DNA from: Bacteroidales bacterium
Lineage (GTDB): Bacteria; Bacteroidota; Bacteroidia; Bacteroidales; UBA12077
Length of the DNA: 64,000 bases
Assembly: GCA_963665525.1 (NCBI GenBank)
Contig: OY762280.1
Coordinates: 705,451-769,450, forward strand
Direction of reading: 5' to 3'
The first letter of the stretch is position 1. The number at the start of each line of letters is the position of its first letter. Shown here one piece after another: positions 11,091 through 20,693 of this stretch. Position numbers and translations under genes: made by a program. Below the pieces are notes generated by a model. It did not search any database and was not told the origin of the DNA. It worked only from the letters and a program-made list of their open reading frames with translations.

Positions 11091-11999
11091 TTAAAAGTGG
11101 TTTTTGTCAGTTAAATATTCCATAAAATATACATAAGCATGTTCTAGATCGGGTTCAATTTCAATAGCATTTTTTGCTTCTAATTGGTCACCAACCAACT
11201 GAACTTCCCAGCCTTCTTCTGATGGTATAGTAGATATGATGGCGTATTTTTCTTTTAGCATTTCATATTCAAAACCTGAAGTATTAACCTGCCAAACGTG
11301 ACCTCGAGTTTTATTAATAAGTTCTTCAGGCGATCCTTTAAATCCAACTGTTCCCTTGTTTAGCAATGCCAGATCCTGGCAAACACTTGAAATATCTCCA
11401 ACAATATGTGTCGATAGAATTATAATAACGTCTTTCTGGCTTATCTCAGAGAGAATATTTCTAAATCGGATTCGCTCTTCGGGATCAAGGCCGGTGGTAG
11501 GTTCGTCAACAACAATAATTTTGGGATCACCAATTAAAGCCTGAGCTATTCCTAATCGTCGCTTCATTCCTCCAGAAAGCTTATTGGCACTACGCTCGCG
11601 AACATCGAATAAGCCCACTTTATCGAGCCATTCATCTACTTTTTCAAGCCGTTTGGTTTTGTTGTTAATGCCTGATAAACCAGCTGCATAATTTAAAAAT
11701 TCCCATGTTTTAAGTTTTGTAAAGAATCTAAAATCCTGAGGGAGATAACCTAGCATTTTACGAATTTCTCCTCGATCGCTCATTAGATTAAATCCATTTA
11801 CATTAACATTCCCATTGGTAGGTTTCATTAATGTAACAAGAATTCGCATCAAACTCGACTTGCCTGCTCCGTTCGGACCAAGAAGGCCAAACATTCCATT
11901 TTCGATTTCTAGATTTATTCCTGAAAGTGCACGTTTCCCGTTTTTGTAAACCTTATCCAGATTTTCAATTTGTATTTTCATTCTTTCCTGTCCATTCAA
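11091..11999 (-). CDS. ABC transporter ATP-binding protein
   Basis: Walker A GPNGAGKS, ABC signature LSGGMKRR, Walker B IIVVDEPTTGLD, H-loop STHIV. The true start may be the internal Met (MKIQIENL, ~11981). Confidence 0.9.
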   Translation of the reverse strand: MNGQERMKIQIENLDKVYKNGKRALSGINLEIENGMFGLLGPNGAGKSSLMRILVTLMKPTNGNVNVNGFNLMSDRGEIRKMLGYLPQDFRFFTKLKTWEFLNYAAGLSGINNKTKRLEKVDEWLDKVGLFDVRERSANKLSGGMKRRLGIAQALIGDPKIIVVDEPTTGLDPEERIRFRNILSEISQKDVIIILSTHIVGDISSVCQDLALLNKGTVGFKGSPEELINKTRGHVWQVNTSGFEYEMLKEKYAIISTIPSEEGWEVQLVGDQLEAKNAIEIEPDLEHAYVYFMEYLTDKNHF

Positions 12000-12157
12000 T
12001 AATTTATTGTCTAATAAACTATTGTTTAGGTTAATATTTTGATGTTAGACGACTAAGTTAGTAATCAGTTACAGATATTTCTTACATTTTTTTAATGTAA
12101 AAAATAATATTTAACTTAATTTAACTAAATCAGTGTCTTATAAAAAGGCAAGTTACA

Positions 12158-12186
12158 AAGAATGATCCTTTTTGAGGATCATTCTT
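12158..12186 (-). terminator. Candidate intrinsic terminator downstream of the metallopeptidase gene
   Basis: 12-bp perfect stem AAGAATGATCCT (12158-12169) / AGGATCATTCTT (12175-12186) with a 5-nt loop. On the minus strand the T-run is not immediately adjacent. Confidence 0.5.
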
Positions 12187-12210
12187 TAGAATAAATATGA
12201 GTGATGTGGT

Positions 12211-13719
12211 TTATTTTATTTGGTATGATTCAAGATAAGCATCAATATCGAGTGCTTTACCTGTTCCGTTTATAAGTCTATCATTCCAGTCGAAATACTC
12301 TCCGGCACTGTAAAAATGTTCGGCTAAATATTTTCCTACTTCCTTATTAAAAGCATAATCTTTTCCAAATTTTTCTTCCAGGGTTTGGTGTACTTGTCGA
12401 GCAACTACGTCGGCAAGTAAATAATTTTGTAAATACAGTGGATAGGTTACATAAATAATGTTGTTAAGATCTTGGGTTCTGATTTCTTCCGTTTCAATCA
12501 TCATATATTTTCTGGCCAATTCTTTTTGTATTTCATTATAGGTTTTATCAGGATGTAAATATAATTCGGTTTCGCGCATAAAATTTAATAAGTGATAACG
12601 AATAAAAGCAGGAGCGTATTTATTTACTATTTTTTGTTTTTCGGCAATTTGTTCTTCTGTTAGGTTAGTATATTCTTTTAACCATTCAGGGTTTCGAGTA
12701 AAATAAGCTGATGTTTCAGCCATTCCTTCAGCAAACGAAGGATTTGCATTTCCTGGAACCCATTCGTAACCTTCTAAAATAGGAGTGTTTATGGTGTTGT
12801 ATAAACCATGTAATCCATGCCCCATTTCGTGCATCCAAACACCAATATCCATTCCTAAAGTCATTACAGCACGGAAATCGTTAGGGATGTTTATCATTAA
12901 ACCTTGTCCGCCTATACCTTCCGGCAATTGTTGCTCCACTAGTTTCGCTGGTAAAGTATTATAATCAATTCCGATATTCGCAAGAGATGTTTTTACCAGC
13001 TCAATATTGTTTTCGTTTTTTAGATCAGTAGCATCAATATTTCGGTAGTACATTCCAATAAATGTAAAGGCATTTCTTTGCCCAAATTTTTCAATGTTTT
13101 GTTCCGTTTTTATTTCTTCAACTAGAGTTTTGTATGCTTCTTGTGATGATTGATCCATTTTTTCAATGAAATCCATAAACCAATCATAACCTAATCCATT
13201 TGTTTCAAAAATTAAGTGAACATAATTATCAAAGCCTAGTTCAACTGATTTTTTATTTCTAAGTTCAATCAATTGAAGCATTTTATCAGGAACTTGATCT
13301 GATGAACCTTCATTACCTTCTTTAACTTCTAACATTTTTTCTAGTTCGCCTCGAAGTCTCATGATTTCGACATCGTATTCCACTTTAGCTGCCAGTAAAA
13401 CACTATGCCATTTGATAACTCTAGCTCTGAGGATAGTATCTTTTATCTCTGTGTTTTTAGGATACCATTCCTGAATTAAAGTATTTAGTGTGTCGTTAAT
13501 CAATAAATTGTAGAATTTATCTTTAGGTGTTTCTAAATCATATTCTTCTTCAGCAGCATAAAAATTCCAGTAGGCATCGCCCAGTTCGAAAGCTGTTTGT
13601 TCGTATCTGTTTTCAATATCATCCAGAAACTTTTTTAAATTAGGTGAACTGGACAAACATGATGATGAAGTTAAAATAAGAAGTAGGAGAGTTAATAAGT
13701 GAGAAAGTTTATATTTCAT
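12211..13719 (-). CDS. Secreted/lipoprotein zinc metallopeptidase, M2 (ACE-like) gluzincin
   Basis: 502 aa. Signal/lipobox-like N-terminus (LLLILTSSSCLSS). HEMGH followed by GNANPSFAEGMAE, which closely resembles the ACE HEMGH...GANPGFHEAIGD third-ligand segment. Confidence 0.6.
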   Translation of the reverse strand: MKYKLSHLLTLLLLILTSSSCLSSSPNLKKFLDDIENRYEQTAFELGDAYWNFYAAEEEYDLETPKDKFYNLLINDTLNTLIQEWYPKNTEIKDTILRARVIKWHSVLLAAKVEYDVEIMRLRGELEKMLEVKEGNEGSSDQVPDKMLQLIELRNKKSVELGFDNYVHLIFETNGLGYDWFMDFIEKMDQSSQEAYKTLVEEIKTEQNIEKFGQRNAFTFIGMYYRNIDATDLKNENNIELVKTSLANIGIDYNTLPAKLVEQQLPEGIGGQGLMINIPNDFRAVMTLGMDIGVWMHEMGHGLHGLYNTINTPILEGYEWVPGNANPSFAEGMAETSAYFTRNPEWLKEYTNLTEEQIAEKQKIVNKYAPAFIRYHLLNFMRETELYLHPDKTYNEIQKELARKYMMIETEEIRTQDLNNIIYVTYPLYLQNYLLADVVARQVHQTLEEKFGKDYAFNKEVGKYLAEHFYSAGEYFDWNDRLINGTGKALDIDAYLESYQIK

Positions 13720-13789
13720 AATAAATACTTATTTAATGAATTGAATAATTTGTCTGTTATATGATTTAAAAAGAATTATTTGGTTTAAT

Positions 13790-15358
13790 TTATAATGTTC
13801 TTTTTATATCATTCAAAATCCATTCTAATTGATCATCGGTTTCAAGATTCGTATTATTTATATAGAAATCAGGCTTTATACCATATCCGTCGGGAGTAGT
13901 TTTGTAGGGCGAATTGACCGTTAATAAGCCAACTTTCATGTTTAGTTTTGAATTAGGAAGTTCAATGATAGCGCGTAATCCTGCAACAGTTCCATTGTAT
14001 GCTCCTCCGGTTTCGTTGCCAACAAAAGAGGCTCGGTTTGCAGCATCTAAATTTGTTGATAGTATGCAACTAGCCGAGAAACTTGTTGCATTGATTAAGA
14101 CATATATTTTTCCTTTAAAATTATTGTCTTTGGGTTTAGTTTTTTTAGAACTTTTAAAAGCAAAATATGGTACACCATCATATTTTCTTACTTTAGATAG
14201 CTGTATTCCTGCAAGAATTGGATAAAACAATACAGCGGCTGATTTAACAACTATAGAACTGGAATGAAAATATGGATACAAGAAACTTGTTCTTCGGGTC
14301 ATTTTTGATTTTTCGATAAAAACATATTCTTTATTTGTTAAATAAGAATATAATTCGTGTATTTCTGCTAATGAGCCACCGAGATTATTTCTTAAATCAA
14401 TAATTAAGTATTCAGATTTTGCAGAATCTATTTTAGCAAAAGATTCTTCGTAAAATTTCTTGTATTTACCTCCTTCAAATCCCCTGATTTTTATATAAGA
14501 AACCTCGGTAATGGAATCTATATCTATGAATTCAAGGCTTCTGTATTTTTCTTTTTTGTACTTGTCGTAAGCATATTTCTGTTCCCAGACTTTTCTTTGT
14601 TTTTTGCTTTTTCTGTCAAGTTTTTCTTTAGGTTCAGGTTTTGTTGATATAGTATCTGTGCTATCTTTTTTAATGTCCGATTCCTTTCTCTTATGTGAAA
14701 ATAAGTAATGAGAATAAATAGAGTCGTTTTTCAACAAGGTTATTTTAATGCTGTCTTTAAGTTCATGTGTATTTAAATATAATCTGCTAAAAGACGTCAT
14801 CGTGTATCGTGGTACAAAAGTTTTATTGTAACCATCGCCGGTAACCAGGCTTTGAAATGATGAAACTAAATCTTCTGTTTTTTCATTATCCACACTAAGC
14901 ACTTCTGATCCCTCAATAATTGTACTGTCTTTGCCATAATTCTTACTGATAACTAACTTGTTATCTATATTATCGAAAGCGTATGGTTTAAAAGGATTTA
15001 CAACACGTCCATTTTCTTTTATTTCTTTTTTGGTTTGTTTTATGTTGGGAGTATTGGCATAAGTATGTCCTTGCCTGATACTTGCGATTGCAGGAGCTAA
15101 CTGCTTATAAAAATCAATACTCGACATAGGTTCTTGTATACTATTCTTAACCTTGCTAAATTCTTGGTATAATGAATCTTCGCTTATATACCAATATAAA
15201 TCCGGGTGCAGCTTTTTAATTTTCTTATAAGCAAAATCAACATCGCTTTGGAGCTCTTCAGGACTATGTAATTTGGAAATACTTTGATTATACTTTTCTA
15301 CAGAAGTACAACTTGTAAATAATAATAGGAGAAGGTAGATGAACTTGTTTTTAGACAT
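13790..15358 (-). CDS. S41-family (C-terminal processing / tail-specific) serine peptidase
   Basis: 522 aa. Signal peptide with Cys (LLLLFTSCTS). S41 signature blocks YLIIDLRNNLGGS and VLINATSFSASCIL. Confidence 0.75.
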   Translation of the reverse strand: MSKNKFIYLLLLLFTSCTSVEKYNQSISKLHSPEELQSDVDFAYKKIKKLHPDLYWYISEDSLYQEFSKVKNSIQEPMSSIDFYKQLAPAIASIRQGHTYANTPNIKQTKKEIKENGRVVNPFKPYAFDNIDNKLVISKNYGKDSTIIEGSEVLSVDNEKTEDLVSSFQSLVTGDGYNKTFVPRYTMTSFSRLYLNTHELKDSIKITLLKNDSIYSHYLFSHKRKESDIKKDSTDTISTKPEPKEKLDRKSKKQRKVWEQKYAYDKYKKEKYRSLEFIDIDSITEVSYIKIRGFEGGKYKKFYEESFAKIDSAKSEYLIIDLRNNLGGSLAEIHELYSYLTNKEYVFIEKSKMTRRTSFLYPYFHSSSIVVKSAAVLFYPILAGIQLSKVRKYDGVPYFAFKSSKKTKPKDNNFKGKIYVLINATSFSASCILSTNLDAANRASFVGNETGGAYNGTVAGLRAIIELPNSKLNMKVGLLTVNSPYKTTPDGYGIKPDFYINNTNLETDDQLEWILNDIKRTL

Positions 15359-15451
15359 AATATGTTTTTATATGATTTTAGAAAATGCTGTTAAAACTAA
15401 AAAAATACGATTTAGTAAAAAAGGATTGTTTACATATAATGGAGATATATT

Positions 15452-16786
15452 TTAAAATGATAAAGTAAAAGTCGTATTTGAATTTTGCTCGGATTGAACA
15501 GAAATATTACCGCCATGTAAATGTATTATTTGTTGGGCAAGGCTTAATCCAATGCCTGATCCATTCTCTTTGTTTGTATAAAAAGGTAGAAAAATTTTAT
15601 CCATTTCATTTTCTTCTATACCAAATCCATTATCTGTTATTGTAATACATGATTTGTTATCATAGTAAAAAGCTTTTAATACAATTCGCTTATCCTGAAC
15701 ATTTTTTAAGGCATGAATTGAATTCGTGATTAAGTTAATGATGATTTGTTCCAGCAAACTTTCATCGGCATTAATACTCATGCTAATAGGTTCAATTACA
15801 ATATCAAATTGTATATCTTGTAACTCAATTTCGTTTATTAGTAGTTTCTTTATACGACCAAATAAGTTATTCAACTTTATTTCTTTGATAACAGGTTGAG
15901 GAATCTTGGTAAGTTTCTTATAGTTCGTTACAAAATCAGTTAGATTAGAACTTCTTTTTTCGATTGCCTGAATACCTTCTAAAATATTTTCTAATTGAAT
16001 TTTATCAATGTTTTCATTCTTTAATTCATCTGATAATGTTTCATAAATAGTCGATGAAAGAGATTTTATAGGACTTATTGAGTTCATGATTTCATGTGAA
16101 ATTACACGAATGACTTCTTGCCATGTTTTCATCTCTTTTTCTTGCAACTCACTTTTTACATTATAGAAAGTATACAATTTGATTTCTTTATCCTTTATTT
16201 TAAAGTGAGTTAAATTTATTGAGATCGGAATATTCTCACCTTTAATATTGAATATGTGTACGAGCGAATTGTCAAGTGTAACTTTTTGAAGGATGTTTTC
16301 TAATGAAATGTGTAGTTGATTTATATGCTTAATATTCTGAATGTTTTGCTTAAAAATAGTATTGATAAATGAATTATGAAATTCTATATTTTTATCGTTA
16401 ATAGCTAAAACCCCAACATTAACACTTTCAAGCAAATATGAAAGATAATATTCATTAAATAACTTTTCTTTTTCGAGACTTTTATATTTGGATGATAGAT
16501 TGTTTGAAATGTTCTTAATTAATTCTTCATTAAGATTATAAGAGGTGTTGACTAATCTATCTTCTGCATCTTTTAATGTAATATTCTTTAAATAGTGAAT
16601 GATTTTCTGATTCTTTCGCTGTACATAATAGTACAATATGAATCCTTGTCCAATAAGTATAGCAATAAAATAGAAGGTAGTAAATTGTAAGTTTTCTTTT
16701 TGAGTGCTAAATGCAATTAAAAGACTAACCACAATAATTAGTATTATCTGAGTAATAAGACTTATTTCGAATTTCTTATATTCCAT
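15452..16786 (-). CDS. Sensor histidine kinase (module 1), two N-terminal TM helices with a very short outside loop
   Basis: 444 aa. TM1 ISLITQIILIIVVSLLIAFS, ~9-aa loop, TM2 TFYFIAILIGQGFILYYYV. H-box VISHEIMNSISPI, N-box INLITNSIHAL, G-boxes ITDNGFGI and GSGIGLSLAQQIIHLHGG. Confidence 0.9.
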   Translation of the reverse strand: MEYKKFEISLITQIILIIVVSLLIAFSTQKENLQFTTFYFIAILIGQGFILYYYVQRKNQKIIHYLKNITLKDAEDRLVNTSYNLNEELIKNISNNLSSKYKSLEKEKLFNEYYLSYLLESVNVGVLAINDKNIEFHNSFINTIFKQNIQNIKHINQLHISLENILQKVTLDNSLVHIFNIKGENIPISINLTHFKIKDKEIKLYTFYNVKSELQEKEMKTWQEVIRVISHEIMNSISPIKSLSSTIYETLSDELKNENIDKIQLENILEGIQAIEKRSSNLTDFVTNYKKLTKIPQPVIKEIKLNNLFGRIKKLLINEIELQDIQFDIVIEPISMSINADESLLEQIIINLITNSIHALKNVQDKRIVLKAFYYDNKSCITITDNGFGIEENEMDKIFLPFYTNKENGSGIGLSLAQQIIHLHGGNISVQSEQNSNTTFTLSF

Positions 16787-18140
16787 GTTTTTTCATTTTA
16801 CGATATAGAGTAGCTCTGGTAATACCAAGTTGGTTGGATGTTTCCGAAATATTATAATTAAACTTTCTAAGAGCATCCTGAATAATTCTTTTTTCGTTAG
16901 TGTCTAAATTAAAAGTACGTGTTTGAGAAGTTTCAGTGCTTAAGGCCTGATTAATTTGAATATCTTCTTGTTTAATGACATCGTTCTCACATAATATAAG
17001 TGCTTTTTCAATAGTATGCTCAAATTCTCTTATGTTTCCTGGCCAGTTATGCTTAATTAGTAGGTCAATTACATTTGGATAAATTTTAATATCTTCTTTT
17101 TGATATTTTCTTTTGTATTTCTCAAGAAAGAACGAAGTAAGCGCAGGTATATCTTCTTTTCTTTCTCTTAATGGAGGTAGTTCAATTTGGATGGTATTAA
17201 TTCGATAAAGGAGATCTTCCCTGAATTTTGATTGATTAATCATTTCGTATAATGGCATGTTCGTAGCACTTATAAGTCTTATGTTAACCGGAACAGGCTT
17301 ATTTGAACCTACTTTATAAATTTCACGATTTTGTAAAACAGTAAGTAATTTAGCTTGCTGCTCAATGGGTAAATTTCCAATTTCATCTAAGAATAGAGTA
17401 CCTTCCGAAGCTATCTCAAAACGGCCTGTTCGGTCCTTATTCGCACTGGTAAACGAACCTTTTAAATGTCCAAATAATTCACTTTCAATTAAGGATGAAG
17501 GAAAGGAGCTAATATCAACAGAAACAAAAATATCGTTGGCCCGATTAGATTGTTTATGAATTTCACGTGCAATGATTTCTTTCCCTGTTCCGTTTTCTCC
17601 CAGAATTAAAATATTCGTTTCTGTCTTAGCAACCTTCTGAATGGTTGAAAATACCTTTTGAATAGATGCAGATTCACCAACAAATAATCCATACGATTTT
17701 GAGATATCGTATTTTAGTTGTTGTTGTTTGTTTTTAAGCGTTTTTATTTCAATTTTAGACTGCTTTAATTTAACAGCATTTTGAATAGTGGCTAGAATTT
17801 TTTCATTATCCCAGGGTTTCTCGATAAAATCCATTGCACCTTCTTTTAGGGTTCGAACTGCGAGTTCCACATTGCCATAAGCAGTTAAAAATATAATGGA
17901 TGAATCGGGCGAGATTTCTTTGATACGCTTCATCCAGAAAATCCCTTCATTACAATTATTAATTCCTGAAGTAAAATTCATATCCAAAACAATTACATCA
18001 TAATCTTTCGATGAAACATTACTTGGGATCTGTTCCGGGTTACTTATTGTATCAATTGTTGAAAAGTGTTTTGATAAGAACATTTTAAGAGCCAGAAGAA
18101 CTTCTTTATTATCATCAACAATTAGAATATTTGCTTGCAT
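16776..18140 (-). CDS. Sigma-54-dependent response regulator (NtrC family bEBP), module 1
   Basis: 454 aa. Receiver (ILIVDDN...VIVLDMNF), AAA+ Walker A GENGTGKE, GAFTGA-type loop GSFTSA, Walker B LFLDEIG, C-terminal Fis-type HTH (LGITRATLYRKMKKHGI). 11-nt overlap with the HK start. Confidence 0.9.
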   Translation of the reverse strand: MQANILIVDDNKEVLLALKMFLSKHFSTIDTISNPEQIPSNVSSKDYDVIVLDMNFTSGINNCNEGIFWMKRIKEISPDSSIIFLTAYGNVELAVRTLKEGAMDFIEKPWDNEKILATIQNAVKLKQSKIEIKTLKNKQQQLKYDISKSYGLFVGESASIQKVFSTIQKVAKTETNILILGENGTGKEIIAREIHKQSNRANDIFVSVDISSFPSSLIESELFGHLKGSFTSANKDRTGRFEIASEGTLFLDEIGNLPIEQQAKLLTVLQNREIYKVGSNKPVPVNIRLISATNMPLYEMINQSKFREDLLYRINTIQIELPPLRERKEDIPALTSFFLEKYKRKYQKEDIKIYPNVIDLLIKHNWPGNIREFEHTIEKALILCENDVIKQEDIQINQALSTETSQTRTFNLDTNEKRIIQDALRKFNYNISETSNQLGITRATLYRKMKKHGI

Positions 18141-18152
18141 GTATTTATTTGG

Positions 18153-18169
18153 TGTTTAAAAACAATACA
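18153..18169. promoter_or_regulatory. TGT-N11-ACA dyad (candidate regulator site) in divergent region 1
   Basis: TGTTTAAAAACAATACA. The same TGT-N11-ACA spacing recurs in divergent regions 2 and 3. Confidence 0.3.
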
Positions 18170-18177
18170 CAAATGTA
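18170..18177 (-). promoter_or_regulatory. Bacteroidota-type -7 box (TAnnTTTG) for the RR1-HK1 operon
   Basis: Minus strand reads TACATTTG, 30 nt upstream of the RR1 ATG. A TTTG (-33-like) lies 20 nt further upstream (plus-strand CAAA at 18198-18201). Confidence 0.4.
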
Positions 18178-18254
18178 TTAATATTAAACATCAAAATCAA
18201 ATTAAATTTTAATAATAGTCATATAATCAATGATATATGATTTCGGAATAAGAT

Positions 18255-18271
18255 TGGCATACACCTAACTG
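18255..18271 (+). promoter_or_regulatory. Candidate sigma-54 -24/-12-like element upstream of FtsX permease 1
   Basis: TGGCATACACCTAACTG, 50 nt before the ATG. TGGCA matches the -24 box. The -12 GC is not canonical. Confidence 0.3.
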
Positions 18272-18304
18272 AAAAATTAGATTTATTCATTAAATTTATA
18301 GACC

Positions 18305-20692
18305 ATGTTTAGAAATTATTTAAAAATAGCTCAACGAAATATCTTAAAACGAAAAGTTTTTTCTTTAATCAACATCGTTGGTTTATCGGTTAGTATTGCT
18401 GTTAGTATTTTAATATTACTTTATGCTGTGCACGAATTATCATACGATAGTTATTATGATAATGTTGATGCTAAGTATCGTGTTGTTTCGCATGTAATAC
18501 ACGGTGAAGAAGAGTATACCAATAATGTATCGAATGGAACACTGGCAGGCGATATTTTAGAAATAATCCCTGGGGTTAAAAATGCTTTCCAGGTATATAT
18601 TGATTTTCCATATGTTCAGGTTGGTAATGAAACATATTTAGAAGACAATTATGATGTTTATTATGCCGGGGATGGAATATTTGATTTTTTTTCAGTAAAA
18701 TTCACTGAGGGGAATCCTGAAACGGCATTGAAAGAACCTTTTTCTATTGTTCTTACAGAGACCTATGCTCATAAATATTTTGGGGATTCATTAGTATTGG
18801 GTAAATCCTTATTGGTTAATTCAAAATTGGAATATAAAGTAACCGGAGTTGTAAAGGATTTACCTGAAAATACTCATTTTAAGTTTAATATCTTATTCTC
18901 CTTACCATCTCTTTTAAAGACTTATGGTTTAAATGATTATCATCCATTTAGAAATTCTTTTATAACTTATGTTGAATTCTCACACAATGAGAATATTGAA
19001 CAAGTTGAGAAAAAGATAACAGAAATTTCATTGAGTTATTTACCTCCTCAATTAAAAGAAATGATTACTGTTTGGAAAACTTTACAGCCAATAAAAGATA
19101 TTCATTTAAAATCTGATTTTGAAGATAAATACAAGGGAGGAAATATTAAAATTATCTATATTTTCTCATCCATTGCCATATTAATATTACTACTTGCATG
19201 TATTAATTATATTAACTTATCTACTGCCCAATATTCTTCAAGAACAAAAGAGGTTGCTATAAGAAAAACAACAGGAGCGAACAGGAGTAGTCTGGTTAAG
19301 CAATTTATTACTGAATCGGTTATAATAATATTACTAAGTTTAGCAACAGCAATCGTTATTGCCGAATTTTTCTTGCCAATATTTAATACAATTATAAATT
19401 TCCAATTAAAAATAGCATATTTCGAGAAATGGTATAATGTACTTCTTATTCTGGGAGTAGGATTTCTTGTAAGTTTGATTTCATCGCTATATCCTGCATT
19501 TTATCTTTCGTCATTTAAAGTTGTTGATGTATTTAAAATGAAAATTCGTATTGGTAAAGGAAATATTAACATTCGAAGAGTTCTGGTTGTATTTCAATTT
19601 ACTGTGACTGTTTTTTTGATTATTAGTACTTTAATAATTAGTAAGCAGCTTAATTATGTGAATAATAAAGATTTGGGATTTAATAAAAATAACTTAATGA
19701 CTGTTAGGCTAAATAATAAACAGGCTATTAGTCAATTAGAAGTATTAAAAAATGAAATTGAAAATCTTTCTTGTGTTCATTCATCTACAGTTAGTTCTAA
19801 TTTTCCAAGTGGTACAGCTAGTTGGGAGAATATATTTGAATTTGAAGGCCATGAAAGTGAGCAATTTGATGTAATGCCATTATTAGATGTTGATTATAAT
19901 TTCTTAGAAACAATGCAAATTAGTTTATCTAGAGGGCGAAATTTTTCTACAGAATTTTTTACTGATTCAAATGCAGTATTAGTTAATGAAACTTTGGTTA
20001 AATTAATGAATTGGAAAGAACCAATAGGGAAGAAAATTATTGAGAGAGTTGAAGATAAGACTTATACATATCACGTGATTGGAATTTTTAGGGATTATCA
20101 TAAGGAATCGTTACATTCTGCTGTGAAGCCAATGATGCTTAGGTTAGCGCAGAGAAAAAGATATTTGTTGGTTAGATTGACTCATGATTTTTCAGAAGAA
20201 AATATTCAAGAGATAAAAGCAGTTTGGGATAAGTTTTGTCCAGGCAAACCTTTTCAAAATATTTTCATTGACGATGCCTTTGATAGGCTATATCAATCAG
20301 AAAGAAATTTATCAAATATTTTTATTTACTTTTCGGTTATTGCAATAATCATAGCATGTTTGGGACTATTAGGTTTAATAACTTTGTTTACTCAACAAAA
20401 AACAAAAGAAATATCTATTAGAAAAATACTTGGTGCAAAAGCTTCTAATATAACATTGATATTAACCAAGGAGTTTATTATACTTCAACTTATTGCTAAT
20501 GTAATAGCAATGCCTGTTGCTTATTTTGCTATGAACAAATGGCTGGCTGGTTTTACTTTTCATGTTAAAATTGGCTGGCTTGTTTTTGTATTAGGAGCCG
20601 TGATAACAGCTATTATTTCTATTGCAGCAATTAGTATTCAAACTTATAAAGCTGCAGTTTCTAATCCATCAGAAAACCTTCGTTACGAGTAG
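18305..20692 (+). CDS. MacB/FtsX-family permease 1, double FtsX module (about 8 TM, two periplasmic domains), no ATPase domain
   Basis: 795 aa. Family-typical N-terminus (YLKIAQRNILKRKVFSLINIVGLSVSIAV...ELSYDSYY). TM1 + ~240-aa loop + 3 TM, repeated once. C-terminus NPSENLRYE. Confidence 0.85.
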   Translation: MFRNYLKIAQRNILKRKVFSLINIVGLSVSIAVSILILLYAVHELSYDSYYDNVDAKYRVVSHVIHGEEEYTNNVSNGTLAGDILEIIPGVKNAFQVYIDFPYVQVGNETYLEDNYDVYYAGDGIFDFFSVKFTEGNPETALKEPFSIVLTETYAHKYFGDSLVLGKSLLVNSKLEYKVTGVVKDLPENTHFKFNILFSLPSLLKTYGLNDYHPFRNSFITYVEFSHNENIEQVEKKITEISLSYLPPQLKEMITVWKTLQPIKDIHLKSDFEDKYKGGNIKIIYIFSSIAILILLLACINYINLSTAQYSSRTKEVAIRKTTGANRSSLVKQFITESVIIILLSLATAIVIAEFFLPIFNTIINFQLKIAYFEKWYNVLLILGVGFLVSLISSLYPAFYLSSFKVVDVFKMKIRIGKGNINIRRVLVVFQFTVTVFLIISTLIISKQLNYVNNKDLGFNKNNLMTVRLNNKQAISQLEVLKNEIENLSCVHSSTVSSNFPSGTASWENIFEFEGHESEQFDVMPLLDVDYNFLETMQISLSRGRNFSTEFFTDSNAVLVNETLVKLMNWKEPIGKKIIERVEDKTYTYHVIGIFRDYHKESLHSAVKPMMLRLAQRKRYLLVRLTHDFSEENIQEIKAVWDKFCPGKPFQNIFIDDAFDRLYQSERNLSNIFIYFSVIAIIIACLGLLGLITLFTQQKTKEISIRKILGAKASNITLILTKEFIILQLIANVIAMPVAYFAMNKWLAGFTFHVKIGWLVFVLGAVITAIISIAAISIQTYKAAVSNPSENLRYE

Positions 20693-20693
20693 T

